DNA of 44,868 nt from the IMG/VR virus record IMGVR_UViG_3300045988_145891. The stretch is one strand, 5' to 3'. Every line of letters starts with the position of its first letter. Position 1 is the stretch's first letter. Below the pieces are notes generated by a model. It was not told where the DNA came from. It did no database searches and was given only the letters and a program-made list of their open reading frames with translations. The translations under genes and the position numbers were made by a program. This stretch comes from a virus. Shown here in pieces: positions 33,858 through 43,143 of this stretch.

Positions 33858-34335
33858 GTACAATGTTACTAATAAGAAAGGACAAAAGACTTCTAAGCAA
33901 GAAGATGAATTTGTAGATTATATGAGAAGTCTTGGATATGAATTTGAAACTCAAAAGAAATTTATACTTCAAGAGAAATTTGAGTTTTATGGAGAAACTC
34001 ACTTAGCAATAACTTATACACCAGATTTATATTTTCCAGAAGATAAATTAGCAATAGATTACAAAGGAAGTTTAACTGATGTGTATAAGATTAAAAAGAA
34101 AATGTTTATCAAGAAATATGGTATTAAGTTAGTAGAGGTTAGGAGAGTTCCTAATTATATGTTTAAAGCGACAGGATATAGATATGCGACTATTAACTCT
34201 ATTGAGAATTGCAAAGACGTTAGAAAGAGGTTTACAGGCTCTAACAAGGATATTGAACATAATACTGTATTAGAGATAAATAGAATATTTAATATTATAA
34301 AACATAAAGGATATGTAGAAGTTAAATTTAAATAG
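33847..34335 (+). CDS. DUF1064-family protein (PD-(D/E)XK-like putative nuclease), 162 aa
   Basis: LAITYTPDLYFPEDKLAIDYKGSLTDVYKIKKKMFIKKYGIKLVEV matches the DUF1064 consensus (ITYTADF.Y...G...IEDVKG..T.VYKLKKKMF..KY). Confidence 0.5.
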   Translation: MRNKYNVTNKKGQKTSKQEDEFVDYMRSLGYEFETQKKFILQEKFEFYGETHLAITYTPDLYFPEDKLAIDYKGSLTDVYKIKKKMFIKKYGIKLVEVRRVPNYMFKATGYRYATINSIENCKDVRKRFTGSNKDIEHNTVLEINRIFNIIKHKGYVEVKFK

Positions 34336-34347
34336 GAGTGATGAAAA

Positions 34348-34683
34348 ATGTTAGACAGAAAAACAGTAGATTATTTATTAGAGTACACTTGTAAGATTTT
34401 TGGTTTAAGTGAAAATGAACTTACAGCAACTACTAATGATTTAAAGAAAGTAGGATTCACTTTTGAGAATGAAGATACAAAGGTAGTTATTCAACATAAG
34501 ACTAAGATGATTCCAAGTATTGTGTATAATAACTACTTATCAGATGAAAAGAAAGTTAATATATCTTGGATAGAGTTTTGTGATTTATGGAGAGAGTTAG
34601 AGGAAGATTTACCACTTGATGAGAAGATAGATGCAATACTTAAGTTAGATAAAGAAAGAAAATTAGATTTCCCAGAGGTGTAA
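34348..34683 (+). CDS. Hypothetical protein, 111 aa
   Basis: ORF with RBS GGAGTGATG. Confidence 0.4.
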   Translation: MLDRKTVDYLLEYTCKIFGLSENELTATTNDLKKVGFTFENEDTKVVIQHKTKMIPSIVYNNYLSDEKKVNISWIEFCDLWRELEEDLPLDEKIDAILKLDKERKLDFPEV

Positions 34684-34684
34684 T

Positions 34685-35218
34685 ATGGATTTTATAGAAA
34701 TATTAGAAATGCAAAAGCAGTTAGATAAAGAAATATTGATACCGCGTAAGAGTGGATTTGTTCCACGTGAAAGAACTTTATTTGATATCAAAGGTGCTTT
34801 AGATGATGAATTTCAAGAATGGTGGAAAGAATTACCAGATGAATATAACTTTAAAACTTGGAAAGAAAAGACTTATAACAGAGATAAAGAACTTGTTGAG
34901 TTAGTTGATTGCTTGTTTTTCTTTTTACAATTAGTAAATATGTTTGAAAATTTTAAGAATTATGAAGAGTTTAATTTAGAAAAACATTTCTGCGATTTTG
35001 AAAATATAACAACTAACAAAAATTTAAAAATAATTATAAATGAGTTTAAGTATTATTTGTGGAATAATGACTTAATCTTTGCTTTTAGAACTTGGATAAA
35101 AATTTGTAATTTAAGAGGTTTTACTAGAGAAGAAATAATACAAGCTTATATAAAAAAATGGAAACAAAATATTGGAGAAAGACCTAATGGAGATTGGTCG
35201 CTAGGAGGTAATAAATAG
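34685..35218 (+). CDS. Dimeric (all-alpha) dUTPase / NTP-pyrophosphohydrolase-like protein, 177 aa
   Basis: MDFIEILEMQKQLDKEI...ELVELVDCLFFFLQL parallels the dimeric dUTPase N-terminal consensus (L..MQ..LD..I ... E.VD.LHF.LS). Confidence 0.5.
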   Translation: MDFIEILEMQKQLDKEILIPRKSGFVPRERTLFDIKGALDDEFQEWWKELPDEYNFKTWKEKTYNRDKELVELVDCLFFFLQLVNMFENFKNYEEFNLEKHFCDFENITTNKNLKIIINEFKYYLWNNDLIFAFRTWIKICNLRGFTREEIIQAYIKKWKQNIGERPNGDWSLGGNK

Positions 35219-35544
35219 TGAATTTTCATAAAGAAGTAATAGGACTAAAGATTAAAGATGTTGAAGCTAAAGAAGGAATTAATAATGAGGTTAAGAACTT
35301 AGTACACAAGATTAGTGATACAATAGATAAAGAGTTAGATGTAATGGCTGGAATGTTAGATATATATGATACAGAGAATTTTAAGAAAAGTATATGTAGA
35401 CATATCATAAAATATCTTGAGTCAGATGCTAAGATTAAGATAGTTAAGACTAAGAAAGATGGTAAGATAACTGAAAAAGAACTAGCAGAATTATTTGTTG
35501 AGTATGAGGAAAAAGCAAGAGAAGTAGCTGGAATGACATTATAA
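35218..35544 (+). CDS. Hypothetical protein, 108 aa (last gene of the early-right operon)
   Basis: ATGA-coupled ORF. Confidence 0.4.
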   Translation: MNFHKEVIGLKIKDVEAKEGINNEVKNLVHKISDTIDKELDVMAGMLDIYDTENFKKSICRHIIKYLESDAKIKIVKTKKDGKITEKELAELFVEYEEKAREVAGMTL

Positions 35545-35547
35545 CCA

Positions 35548-35607
35548 TTTTGTTGGCGTCAACAAAACGATAAAAACAGAGAGGGATATACCCTCTCTTA
35601 TTTATTT
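35548..35607. terminator. Convergent bidirectional terminator region: hairpin TTTTGTTG-gcgt-CAACAAAA and hairpin AGAGAGGG-atata-CCCTCTCT with T-runs on both strands
   Basis: Two perfect 8-bp stems between the ends of the plus-strand early operon and the minus-strand late operon. Confidence 0.65.
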
Positions 35608-38600
35608 ACCCCAGATAGAAAATTCATTCATTCTCTGTTGCCTTTTCATTTTTCTAGTAGTACTCTCATATGAATATGGTAGGAATGTTTCAATATCATC
35701 AGCTAATTGTTGAGTTAATTGAGTCTTATTGATAGGAACACTTCCACCTTCTTCTGTTCCGTATTTCTTTGCTAACATAGTAAGTCTTGATGATACAATA
35801 GGTGCAGCAAATATTGATAAAGTTAGCCAACCACCTCTAGCTTCTCCTTTTGACACATCAAATATATTTCTATCAAATAAGCTATAACCAGCTCCGTATA
35901 CGCCAAAAGCATTACCACTAGGATTTACCATATAAGAAAAAGGTGTTTGTTGTGTTGCTGTTCCTAATATAGTTTTAGCTATTAAATAACTTCCTTTTTT
36001 CTTATCTTGTTTCCAAGTATCATAAGCCTTGTCCATATCATCTAACATAGTCTTATTACCAAAAACTATTTTTTCAGTTTGCTGCTTAGGTAACATAGCA
36101 ACAACTCCGATTGAAGCAACTCCAAGAACTCCCATTAGTTTTGCTATTTGTATAGTATCCATATGTTCTACTTGGAAACCATTTACTGATGTAGCTTTAA
36201 GTTTTTGAAGTGCTAATTTAGCTGCATTGAACATAGTCTGACACATATATAAGAATGAGATTCTTTCTCCCTTAGTAGTTCTTCTTGACATTCCTATTAA
36301 GTCAATACTTCCTTCTCCTTGAGCTAACATCATCTTAAGAGAAAAAGCATCTTGAGGAAAATTAAGACCATGTTTATCAACAACTTTTCTAGCATATGTT
36401 TGCCATTTTGCAAACTCTGAATTATCTAGTCCACTCATTGTGTACATTTGCTTTTGAATTTGATTTAGTTGGGATACATCACTAACACCTAACATTTTCA
36501 TAAATTCACTTCTGGCAACCTTTTCAGCTATTGCTTGTAATTGAATATCATCAGCTTTGTTTCCGTGGATACTCCTATTGAATATTCTAGCCATTCTACC
36601 AATGAAAGCATCTGGGTCAGCTCCAGCATTTAGTATAGCCATTTGAGTAGTGAAGTCACTAAACTCCTTAGCATCAAATAGAGTAACATTAGAGTTCTTA
36701 ATATCTCCTATTTTATGAAGAGTATCAGCAAGGTGCAAAGTAAAAGTCTGTTCCATTTGTCTTTTTAATATAGTTTGACTAGCAGCATTAATACCAGCAT
36801 TAAAGAACTCTCCAACATTTTCTACTGCAGTACCACCAGCATATATATAAGACTTAATATAATTTCTATAAGCTAATGGGAAGTTCTTAATAGCCATCAT
36901 AGCTCCTTCACTAAATTTACCACCAGCAAGTATATGAGCAGTACCAGCCATAACAGGAGAAGTTAAAGCTTCTGTAAATTGTCTAGTACCAATAAGTGCA
37001 GAGGTAACAGCAGATGAAAATAGAGAAGATAAAGAAGTAGGGTCATCTTGTCTACCTCCGACTGTAATAAATCTATCTCTAACTTCTTTTCTAATATCAC
37101 TAACTATTCTACCAACTGTTGTGTTGTCTAGGTTGTTTATATCTTGATAAACACCTTGTAAATCTCTTTTTAATTTAGCTGTATTTAATTGAGCTAATAA
37201 AGTATTGATAGAAAATCCTTGCTCCTCTGTTACCATTCTACTTAATATTTTAGAGTAGTTAGTATTCATATTTCTTATTCTATTATTTCCTTTATCAGCT
37301 AAGAAATTTACAAAATCAAACATATCATCTGGTCTGATAAAAGATTTGATAGCAAAGTCTTGGTAAAAATCAGCGTCTAAATAATCTGGTATATCCTCGG
37401 CATCTTGTAAAAATCTAAATATCTCTTTTACTTGAGTTCTTCCTGTAACTCTACCTTGAGTAGTTGCTTTAAGTAAAGAATAAAAGTCTTGAGCTTTCTC
37501 ATATGGAGTTCTCTTATTAAACTTTTCCCTTGCTACTGCTGCTAGATAATTTCTCTCAAAGTTATCGTTCATTGGAGAGTAGAAGTGATTATCATAAAAT
37601 CTACCTATAAATTCTCTAGCTGTTACAGGTTGACCTTTTTTTATTCTATTGAATACTCCTGTCCCAGAAATAGTAGGTCTATTTCTAAAGTTGTTTCTGT
37701 AAGTAACATCATTAGTTTTTCCTAACACAACATCTTCATACATATGTTGCAATTCGTGTCTAACAACTCCTAACTTAGTATCTCCTCCCATATCTTTTGG
37801 GAAATTAAGAGATATCAATTTTTCACTAGGTCTATAAAAAGCTCTAAATTTTTCTGCTTTATGATTTATTTCGATTTTTAGTTTTGATTTATCTACATTC
37901 CATTTAGTAAGTAAGTAGTCTACATAGTCCTCAACATTATCTATTCCTGTTGAAATTCTGACATATTCTCCTATTTTAATAATAGATTCTGAAACTAATT
38001 TTGTAGCTACTTCATCTAAGAACTTAATCATATCATCATCTGATAATTCTCTCCAATCTTTTTTTAGAACTCCTTTTTCTTTATAATAAATATCAGCTAA
38101 TTTAGATATATCGGTAGTTCTAATATCAACTGTTTTAGTTCTTCCTTGTGCCATAGGTACATTAATTCCCCAGAAAGCTTTTTCAACATTAGGGTTTATT
38201 GGTCCACCTAAATACTTAGTAACCATTTTTTCTATCTCATCTCTTCTATCTAATTCAGCTTGTGTAAGCTTTCTATTTTTTGACACTTCATCTTTACTTG
38301 CAAAATATTTATCTCTTATAGGGTTACCTGCTCCATCAGTTGTTACTTGGAATAACTCTTCATCTAATAAAGCTTGATTTTTAGGAATAAAACTAAATAA
38401 TCTGTTTTTAATAGTATTTCTCTTACTAAAGTCTTTTGTTATCTCATCTATTAATTCTATTCCGTTGACATCAACATCTTCTATATTTTTTCTAGCTTTA
38501 TTAAACACATTATAAACAACACTAGCTTGTCTTTTATTAAGTCCATACTCTCTTAATTTATTTATCAAATTATATCTACTTTGTGATAAATTTTCTTCCA

Positions 38601-40434
38601 ATATTTTTACAATACCATCATCATAATCAGCCATTTCTAAATCAGCATAGTCTTGAACTACCTTAACTAAATCAATCTTTCCAGATAACTCGTCTTGTAA
38701 TTGAGTTCTGATTTTAGTTACAAGTTCTAAAGCTTCATCACTAGTTAATCTAGGATTTATCATCATAGGTATACCATCAGCATCAATATTCCAATCTTGT
38801 GGTATATAGTCTAAACCTGTAAATAAATTATTAGCTCCATATTTAGATGCAGTTTCTATTAAAAAGTCATTCTCCCCAAATACTTCTCTAGGGTTGACTT
38901 CAATAGAATATTTAAAAGTTAAATCACTAACATATCCAAAAACCTCTTTATATGGTTGTGGTAAATTATCTGGTAATACTCCTGTGTACATAGACTTAAA
39001 TATATCAATACCATTGTCTTGAGAATATTTAATAAAATCAACATAGTTATTAATACCAAGCTCACTACCTCTTGATGATATATTAAAGTTTATTTGCTTT
39101 GATAGAGCTGTGGAAATTTTTTCTTTTATAATAGAAATGTTATTTACCCATTCTCTAGCAAATAGTGGTGTCTGATTACTGTTTATTAAATCTGTTGGTT
39201 GAACTCCTTGTTTAAGTGCTAATCTTTGTAAATCGTTAGCATAGTTTCTTGCATAGTTAGCAATCATTTGAGATAAGTCAGTCATAATTTTATTAGTTCT
39301 AGTATTCATTTCAGTTTTAATAAAATCTCTAGTTTTAGGAAGATTTAAGAACTCACTCTCTGGAATAGGTGTATCAAGATTTTTTGCCATATAATCAGTA
39401 AGGGTAATATCCATTACTTTTCTTTCTGCTGGTGTAGTAGTTCCCATATCTAATGTACTAGCTTTTGCTATCTCATCACTCATATCAAAAGTATCAAACT
39501 TAGATAATTCAGCAGACTTAATAACATCAGCCATTTGTTCTCCACTCTCTTCTCCTAAAGCTTGTCTTAAAGCTGTTCTAGGTGCTTGTGACATATCAGG
39601 GTTAGGTGTTCCATTAGGACTAGTTCTATTAGCTCCTGGTGTATTCATAGCACTTGCTCCAGCACTATTTACTCTACCCTTAACCTTGTTGAATATAGTT
39701 CTAAAAGCATATCCACCACCAGCCATTAAACCATTCATAATAAGACCACCAGCAACATTAGTACCATACAACTTAGCTATATCACTATTATCTAATTCTT
39801 CTCCTGTTTCATCTTTTATTCTAGCAACATCTAAGGCAGTATCGGCAACACTAATAACAGCTTCTGTTCCAACTATTTTACCAACAGTACCAAGACCAAT
39901 ACTTCCAGCTCCCTTAGCAACTGCTGCTCCTACTCCAGCACTAGCAAGTGACACTCCAACTTTACCAACTGAAATTAAATCTCCTATATCAGTAGGGTTA
40001 GATACATCAACTAATACATCATATAGAGATGCAGAAACAAATTTTTGAATACCACCAAGATTCTTTTGAGCATAGTTAAGTCCTGCTATTTGTATCTTTT
40101 TCTGAAATTCTAAAGCTTCTAGTTCCTTGTCATATTCCTCAAACATTTTCTTAGTTTCTTCTGTTTCTTCCATATCTTTACCAAGAACTTTTAATCTAGT
40201 TTCTTTAAGCTCTATCTGTAAATCTTTCATTCTTTTTATAGTATTGATTCTATCTAACGTTTCTTCCATTTTATCTCTTTGTAAATAGTAAGAGTTCCAC
40301 ATATAACTAGGGTTAGAAAACTCATCTTCTCTAGCTTGTAACTCTTCTTGACTAAATCCTTGATTAGCAAATGGATTGAAAAAATTAAAAGCATTGTTAC
40401 TTAAACCTTTTAAATAATCATATACTGCTGCCAT
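35602..40434 (-). CDS. Large internal virion / ejection protein (T7 gp16-like by size and synteny), 1610 aa; Gly-rich hydrophobic segment near aa 150-240; HELQH (HExxH) motif
   Basis: Last and largest gene of the tubular-A / tubular-B / 209 / 676 / 1610 series. Mostly helical. RBS GGAGG. Confidence 0.45.
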   Translation of the reverse strand: MAAVYDYLKGLSNNAFNFFNPFANQGFSQEELQAREDEFSNPSYMWNSYYLQRDKMEETLDRINTIKRMKDLQIELKETRLKVLGKDMEETEETKKMFEEYDKELEALEFQKKIQIAGLNYAQKNLGGIQKFVSASLYDVLVDVSNPTDIGDLISVGKVGVSLASAGVGAAVAKGAGSIGLGTVGKIVGTEAVISVADTALDVARIKDETGEELDNSDIAKLYGTNVAGGLIMNGLMAGGGYAFRTIFNKVKGRVNSAGASAMNTPGANRTSPNGTPNPDMSQAPRTALRQALGEESGEQMADVIKSAELSKFDTFDMSDEIAKASTLDMGTTTPAERKVMDITLTDYMAKNLDTPIPESEFLNLPKTRDFIKTEMNTRTNKIMTDLSQMIANYARNYANDLQRLALKQGVQPTDLINSNQTPLFAREWVNNISIIKEKISTALSKQINFNISSRGSELGINNYVDFIKYSQDNGIDIFKSMYTGVLPDNLPQPYKEVFGYVSDLTFKYSIEVNPREVFGENDFLIETASKYGANNLFTGLDYIPQDWNIDADGIPMMINPRLTSDEALELVTKIRTQLQDELSGKIDLVKVVQDYADLEMADYDDGIVKILEENLSQSRYNLINKLREYGLNKRQASVVYNVFNKARKNIEDVDVNGIELIDEITKDFSKRNTIKNRLFSFIPKNQALLDEELFQVTTDGAGNPIRDKYFASKDEVSKNRKLTQAELDRRDEIEKMVTKYLGGPINPNVEKAFWGINVPMAQGRTKTVDIRTTDISKLADIYYKEKGVLKKDWRELSDDDMIKFLDEVATKLVSESIIKIGEYVRISTGIDNVEDYVDYLLTKWNVDKSKLKIEINHKAEKFRAFYRPSEKLISLNFPKDMGGDTKLGVVRHELQHMYEDVVLGKTNDVTYRNNFRNRPTISGTGVFNRIKKGQPVTAREFIGRFYDNHFYSPMNDNFERNYLAAVAREKFNKRTPYEKAQDFYSLLKATTQGRVTGRTQVKEIFRFLQDAEDIPDYLDADFYQDFAIKSFIRPDDMFDFVNFLADKGNNRIRNMNTNYSKILSRMVTEEQGFSINTLLAQLNTAKLKRDLQGVYQDINNLDNTTVGRIVSDIRKEVRDRFITVGGRQDDPTSLSSLFSSAVTSALIGTRQFTEALTSPVMAGTAHILAGGKFSEGAMMAIKNFPLAYRNYIKSYIYAGGTAVENVGEFFNAGINAASQTILKRQMEQTFTLHLADTLHKIGDIKNSNVTLFDAKEFSDFTTQMAILNAGADPDAFIGRMARIFNRSIHGNKADDIQLQAIAEKVARSEFMKMLGVSDVSQLNQIQKQMYTMSGLDNSEFAKWQTYARKVVDKHGLNFPQDAFSLKMMLAQGEGSIDLIGMSRRTTKGERISFLYMCQTMFNAAKLALQKLKATSVNGFQVEHMDTIQIAKLMGVLGVASIGVVAMLPKQQTEKIVFGNKTMLDDMDKAYDTWKQDKKKGSYLIAKTILGTATQQTPFSYMVNPSGNAFGVYGAGYSLFDRNIFDVSKGEARGGWLTLSIFAAPIVSSRLTMLAKKYGTEEGGSVPINKTQLTQQLADDIETFLPYSYESTTRKMKRQQRMNEFSIWGK

Positions 40435-40454
40435 TATTCCTCCTTTTAAAAACT

Positions 40455-40474
40455 AAGTCGCATACGTGCGACCT
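40455..40474 (-). promoter_or_regulatory. Stable intergenic hairpin GTCGCA-(4 nt)-TGCGAC followed by a U-rich tract on the mRNA, between the 676-aa and 1610-aa genes (attenuator or processing site)
   Basis: 6-bp GC-rich palindrome in an otherwise AT-rich genome. Coordinates approximate to within 2 nt. Confidence 0.35.
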
Positions 40475-42503
40475 AGTTCTCAATTCTAATTATTTTAGCT
40501 CTCTTATAATCTACATTTCTACCAGCTATTCTACCATCTGTTAAGTTGTGTTTCAAGTCTAGCTGTTCTCCTATAACTTCTCTTAATGCTCTTCCCCAAT
40601 ACTCATCTCTGTTTAAATCTTCCTTAGTAACTCCCTTGACGTAATCTCCGTCTTTGATAGCTTGTGAGTTGGCTTTATTGAAATATACCATAGCTCTATC
40701 TTGAACAGCATTTAACACTATTTCATTATTCAACTTATCAGCTATATATGCTTGGTCTTGAATTATATGAATATTACTTCTGCCTTTACTTAATTGATTT
40801 TCTTTGTAGTATCTTCCTATTGTTTCAGAAATAACATTTCTTGATAGGTCATCTTTTGTAGGGTCAGCAGAGAAAAACCAAAAACCTTTATTGAACATAT
40901 TTGTATTTTCTTTTTTATCTACAACAGTCTTAGGATATGCAATACCTCTAGCATTTTGATTAGCTATCTCTTGAGCTCTTTTTTGTTGTTGAGTAGCAGT
41001 GCTATTAGGCATAGATAAAATGCTATTTGAAGTTACATTAAATTCTTTCAATGCTCCTTGATTAGCATATATTTGCTTATTACTATTGAATTGCTCATCT
41101 GTCATCTTAATGTTGTTAGGGTCAGCATATTTCATAGTCATATTATAATCAAAACCATTAGGGAACATACCACCAGCAATACCACTGCCTGTGATAAATT
41201 TAGCAATAATGGTTCTATTCTCTGGAGTATCAGCACTTAGTCCTAACTCATTACCAACTATATTAAAAGTAGTTTCCATTACTGTATCTAGTAATTCAGT
41301 ATCTGGTATATCTTCTGTTATTCCAAGTATTGCTTTAGGGTTACTAATAAGTCCAGCTAACACATTAAAAGTTTCTTGTTGTGGTATCCACATAGGAACA
41401 TTTTGATTATCTGGGTTAGCCCAATCTTCTGGTTTTATTCCATATAGTTTTTCTCCATTATCTATTTGAAAAGATATTTGGTCTTGATATTTAGGAGCTT
41501 GTCCTGTCTTAGTAGTTAGGTATTGATAAGCTCCGTAAGCATCTCCACTATTTTGTTTAGCTCTATAAGTCATATCCTCAATAAGATTAAGAGTATCTGT
41601 TCTATTATTTTTAGCTTTCTTAATACCTTCCATAGTATTAAGTCTATTAATATCTTGATTTATAATGCTTAATGCTTGATTGACATTCTCATTCAATTCA
41701 ACATTTAAGCTCTCAAAAGAAGTGTTTGAGTAGTCCTTAGCTCCCTCTTTAGCTAACATTTTTATATACTCTGGATTCTCAAAATTTCTCTTAATATTAT
41801 TCAGCATTTCTAATTTATCTTCATAGCTCATCTGACTGTCTATAATACCATTTTTAAGCTCTGTTGCAGTTGCTACAAGTGTTGCCTTAGCTAATGTTGA
41901 TGTAAGCATTTTATTAGCTTTTACAGGGTCTAGGATATTGCTATCAACTTGAGATTGAAGTAGACTATCATATTCATTGAAAGATGTTTCCATCATTTGC
42001 CAACCAGCCTTACCCTCATATGCAGATGATAAAGCTCTGTCATTTAATTCATATAGTCTAGTATTTATTTCAGACTGTTGCTCATTGAATTTTTGTTCCT
42101 TAACTTGTAAATCATAGTAAGCATTAACATTCTGAAAACTAGAGTTATTATACTCTTGAATACCAACTAAAGTTTTTTCAGTTAGTCCAGAGTTAGCTAT
42201 TTTTATTTCTAATTCATTTATTTTTTCCTTGTATTCATCTTGTACTGCTTGGAGTTTGTCTGTATCTCTATATAGTTCCTTATTTGATAATTTAAGTCTA
42301 TACTCTTGATGAAGTCTATCGCTCTCACTCTTAAGTTTCATAGCTGTTATTTCTTCATCACTTCTTAATTTTGATTCTACTGTTTTTACTCCAGCATTAA
42401 ATAATTGAGTAGTGTCTAGTCCTTTAGCCATACTAGCACTTCTACCAATTTCATTAGGATTTACTCCTAAATTAACTAAACCTGTATTTCTTGGTTGAAA
42501 CAT
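40473..42503 (-). CDS. Internal virion protein (T7 gp15-like by size and synteny), 676 aa
   Basis: Helical, coiled-coil rich. Position between the gp14-like and gp16-like genes. Confidence 0.4.
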   Translation of the reverse strand: MFQPRNTGLVNLGVNPNEIGRSASMAKGLDTTQLFNAGVKTVESKLRSDEEITAMKLKSESDRLHQEYRLKLSNKELYRDTDKLQAVQDEYKEKINELEIKIANSGLTEKTLVGIQEYNNSSFQNVNAYYDLQVKEQKFNEQQSEINTRLYELNDRALSSAYEGKAGWQMMETSFNEYDSLLQSQVDSNILDPVKANKMLTSTLAKATLVATATELKNGIIDSQMSYEDKLEMLNNIKRNFENPEYIKMLAKEGAKDYSNTSFESLNVELNENVNQALSIINQDINRLNTMEGIKKAKNNRTDTLNLIEDMTYRAKQNSGDAYGAYQYLTTKTGQAPKYQDQISFQIDNGEKLYGIKPEDWANPDNQNVPMWIPQQETFNVLAGLISNPKAILGITEDIPDTELLDTVMETTFNIVGNELGLSADTPENRTIIAKFITGSGIAGGMFPNGFDYNMTMKYADPNNIKMTDEQFNSNKQIYANQGALKEFNVTSNSILSMPNSTATQQQKRAQEIANQNARGIAYPKTVVDKKENTNMFNKGFWFFSADPTKDDLSRNVISETIGRYYKENQLSKGRSNIHIIQDQAYIADKLNNEIVLNAVQDRAMVYFNKANSQAIKDGDYVKGVTKEDLNRDEYWGRALREVIGEQLDLKHNLTDGRIAGRNVDYKRAKIIRIEN

Positions 42504-42513
42504 TTTATACCTC

Positions 42514-43143
42514 CTATCCTAACCATTCTGATTCTGGTATTTCTCTAAATGGCGATGTATTAGCATTGTTACCTGTATAACCTAATATTCCAAAGATATT
42601 AGCTCCCATATTTACCAATGAATTTAATGCAGATTGATTAGCTGCTTTTTCAGTTTGGTAAAGTCCAGCAGATATGTTATACATAGTATTTTTATATTGG
42701 TTTCCTAAGTTCAATACACTATTAGAAAATTGTTTCTTAATAGTATCTTCATTGTATATTCTCAAGTTATTATACTCAAATACCTTAGTATTGTAATCTA
42801 AGTTAAGAGTTGCTATTGTATTCTCTCTATTAGAGTTGTAACTAGCTCCACCACTAAAGTAACTAGCAGTAGCCATAAGTGAATTACTTCTAGCTTGAGT
42901 GTATTCTGATGTTAAGTCTGCCATTTGTTTTGCTATTGTATCATAATTGACTAAAGCATTATTAACAAAGTTTTCTGATAATATTGCTAAGTTAGTTTGA
43001 TATTCTTGAGTTGCTAGTTTAGATTGATATTCAGCCATTTTCTTAGCACTTTTCTTAGCACTATGAGATCCTAATATACCAGACACACCACCAGCAACAC
43101 TAAATCCTATTCCTAAAGCTGCTAATACAGACATAATTATCAC
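42514..43143 (-). CDS. Internal virion membrane-associated protein (T7 gp14-like), 209 aa, N-terminal TM
   Basis: N-terminal MIIMSVLAALGIGFSVAGGVSGILG hydrophobic segment. ATGA-coupled to the upstream gene. Confidence 0.4.
   Translation of the reverse strand: MIIMSVLAALGIGFSVAGGVSGILGSHSAKKSAKKMAEYQSKLATQEYQTNLAILSENFVNNALVNYDTIAKQMADLTSEYTQARSNSLMATASYFSGGASYNSNRENTIATLNLDYNTKVFEYNNLRIYNEDTIKKQFSNSVLNLGNQYKNTMYNISAGLYQTEKAANQSALNSLVNMGANIFGILGYTGNNANTSPFREIPESEWLG

Noticed and set aside
3078-41406. Numerous antisense ORFs embedded in long genes (e.g. 3078..3323+, 4090..4353+, 5784..5993+, 7771..7998+, 9453..9647+, 10885..11217+, 12322..12666+, 13659..13880+, 15917..16099+, 16491..16841+, 17786..17998-, 18862..19086-, 21530..21871+, 22334..22540+, 23313..23630+, 26135..26386+, 28711..28938-, 29495..29887-, 31039..31344-, 31781..31996-, 33093..33398-, 33347..33607-, 33796..34002-, 35226..35408-, 39686..40048+, 41058..41406+)
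   Set aside because: They fall fully inside stronger, RBS-supported genes on the opposite strand, and their products are Ser/Leu/Ile/Phe-rich low-complexity sequences. Spurious frames like these are expected at ~29% GC.
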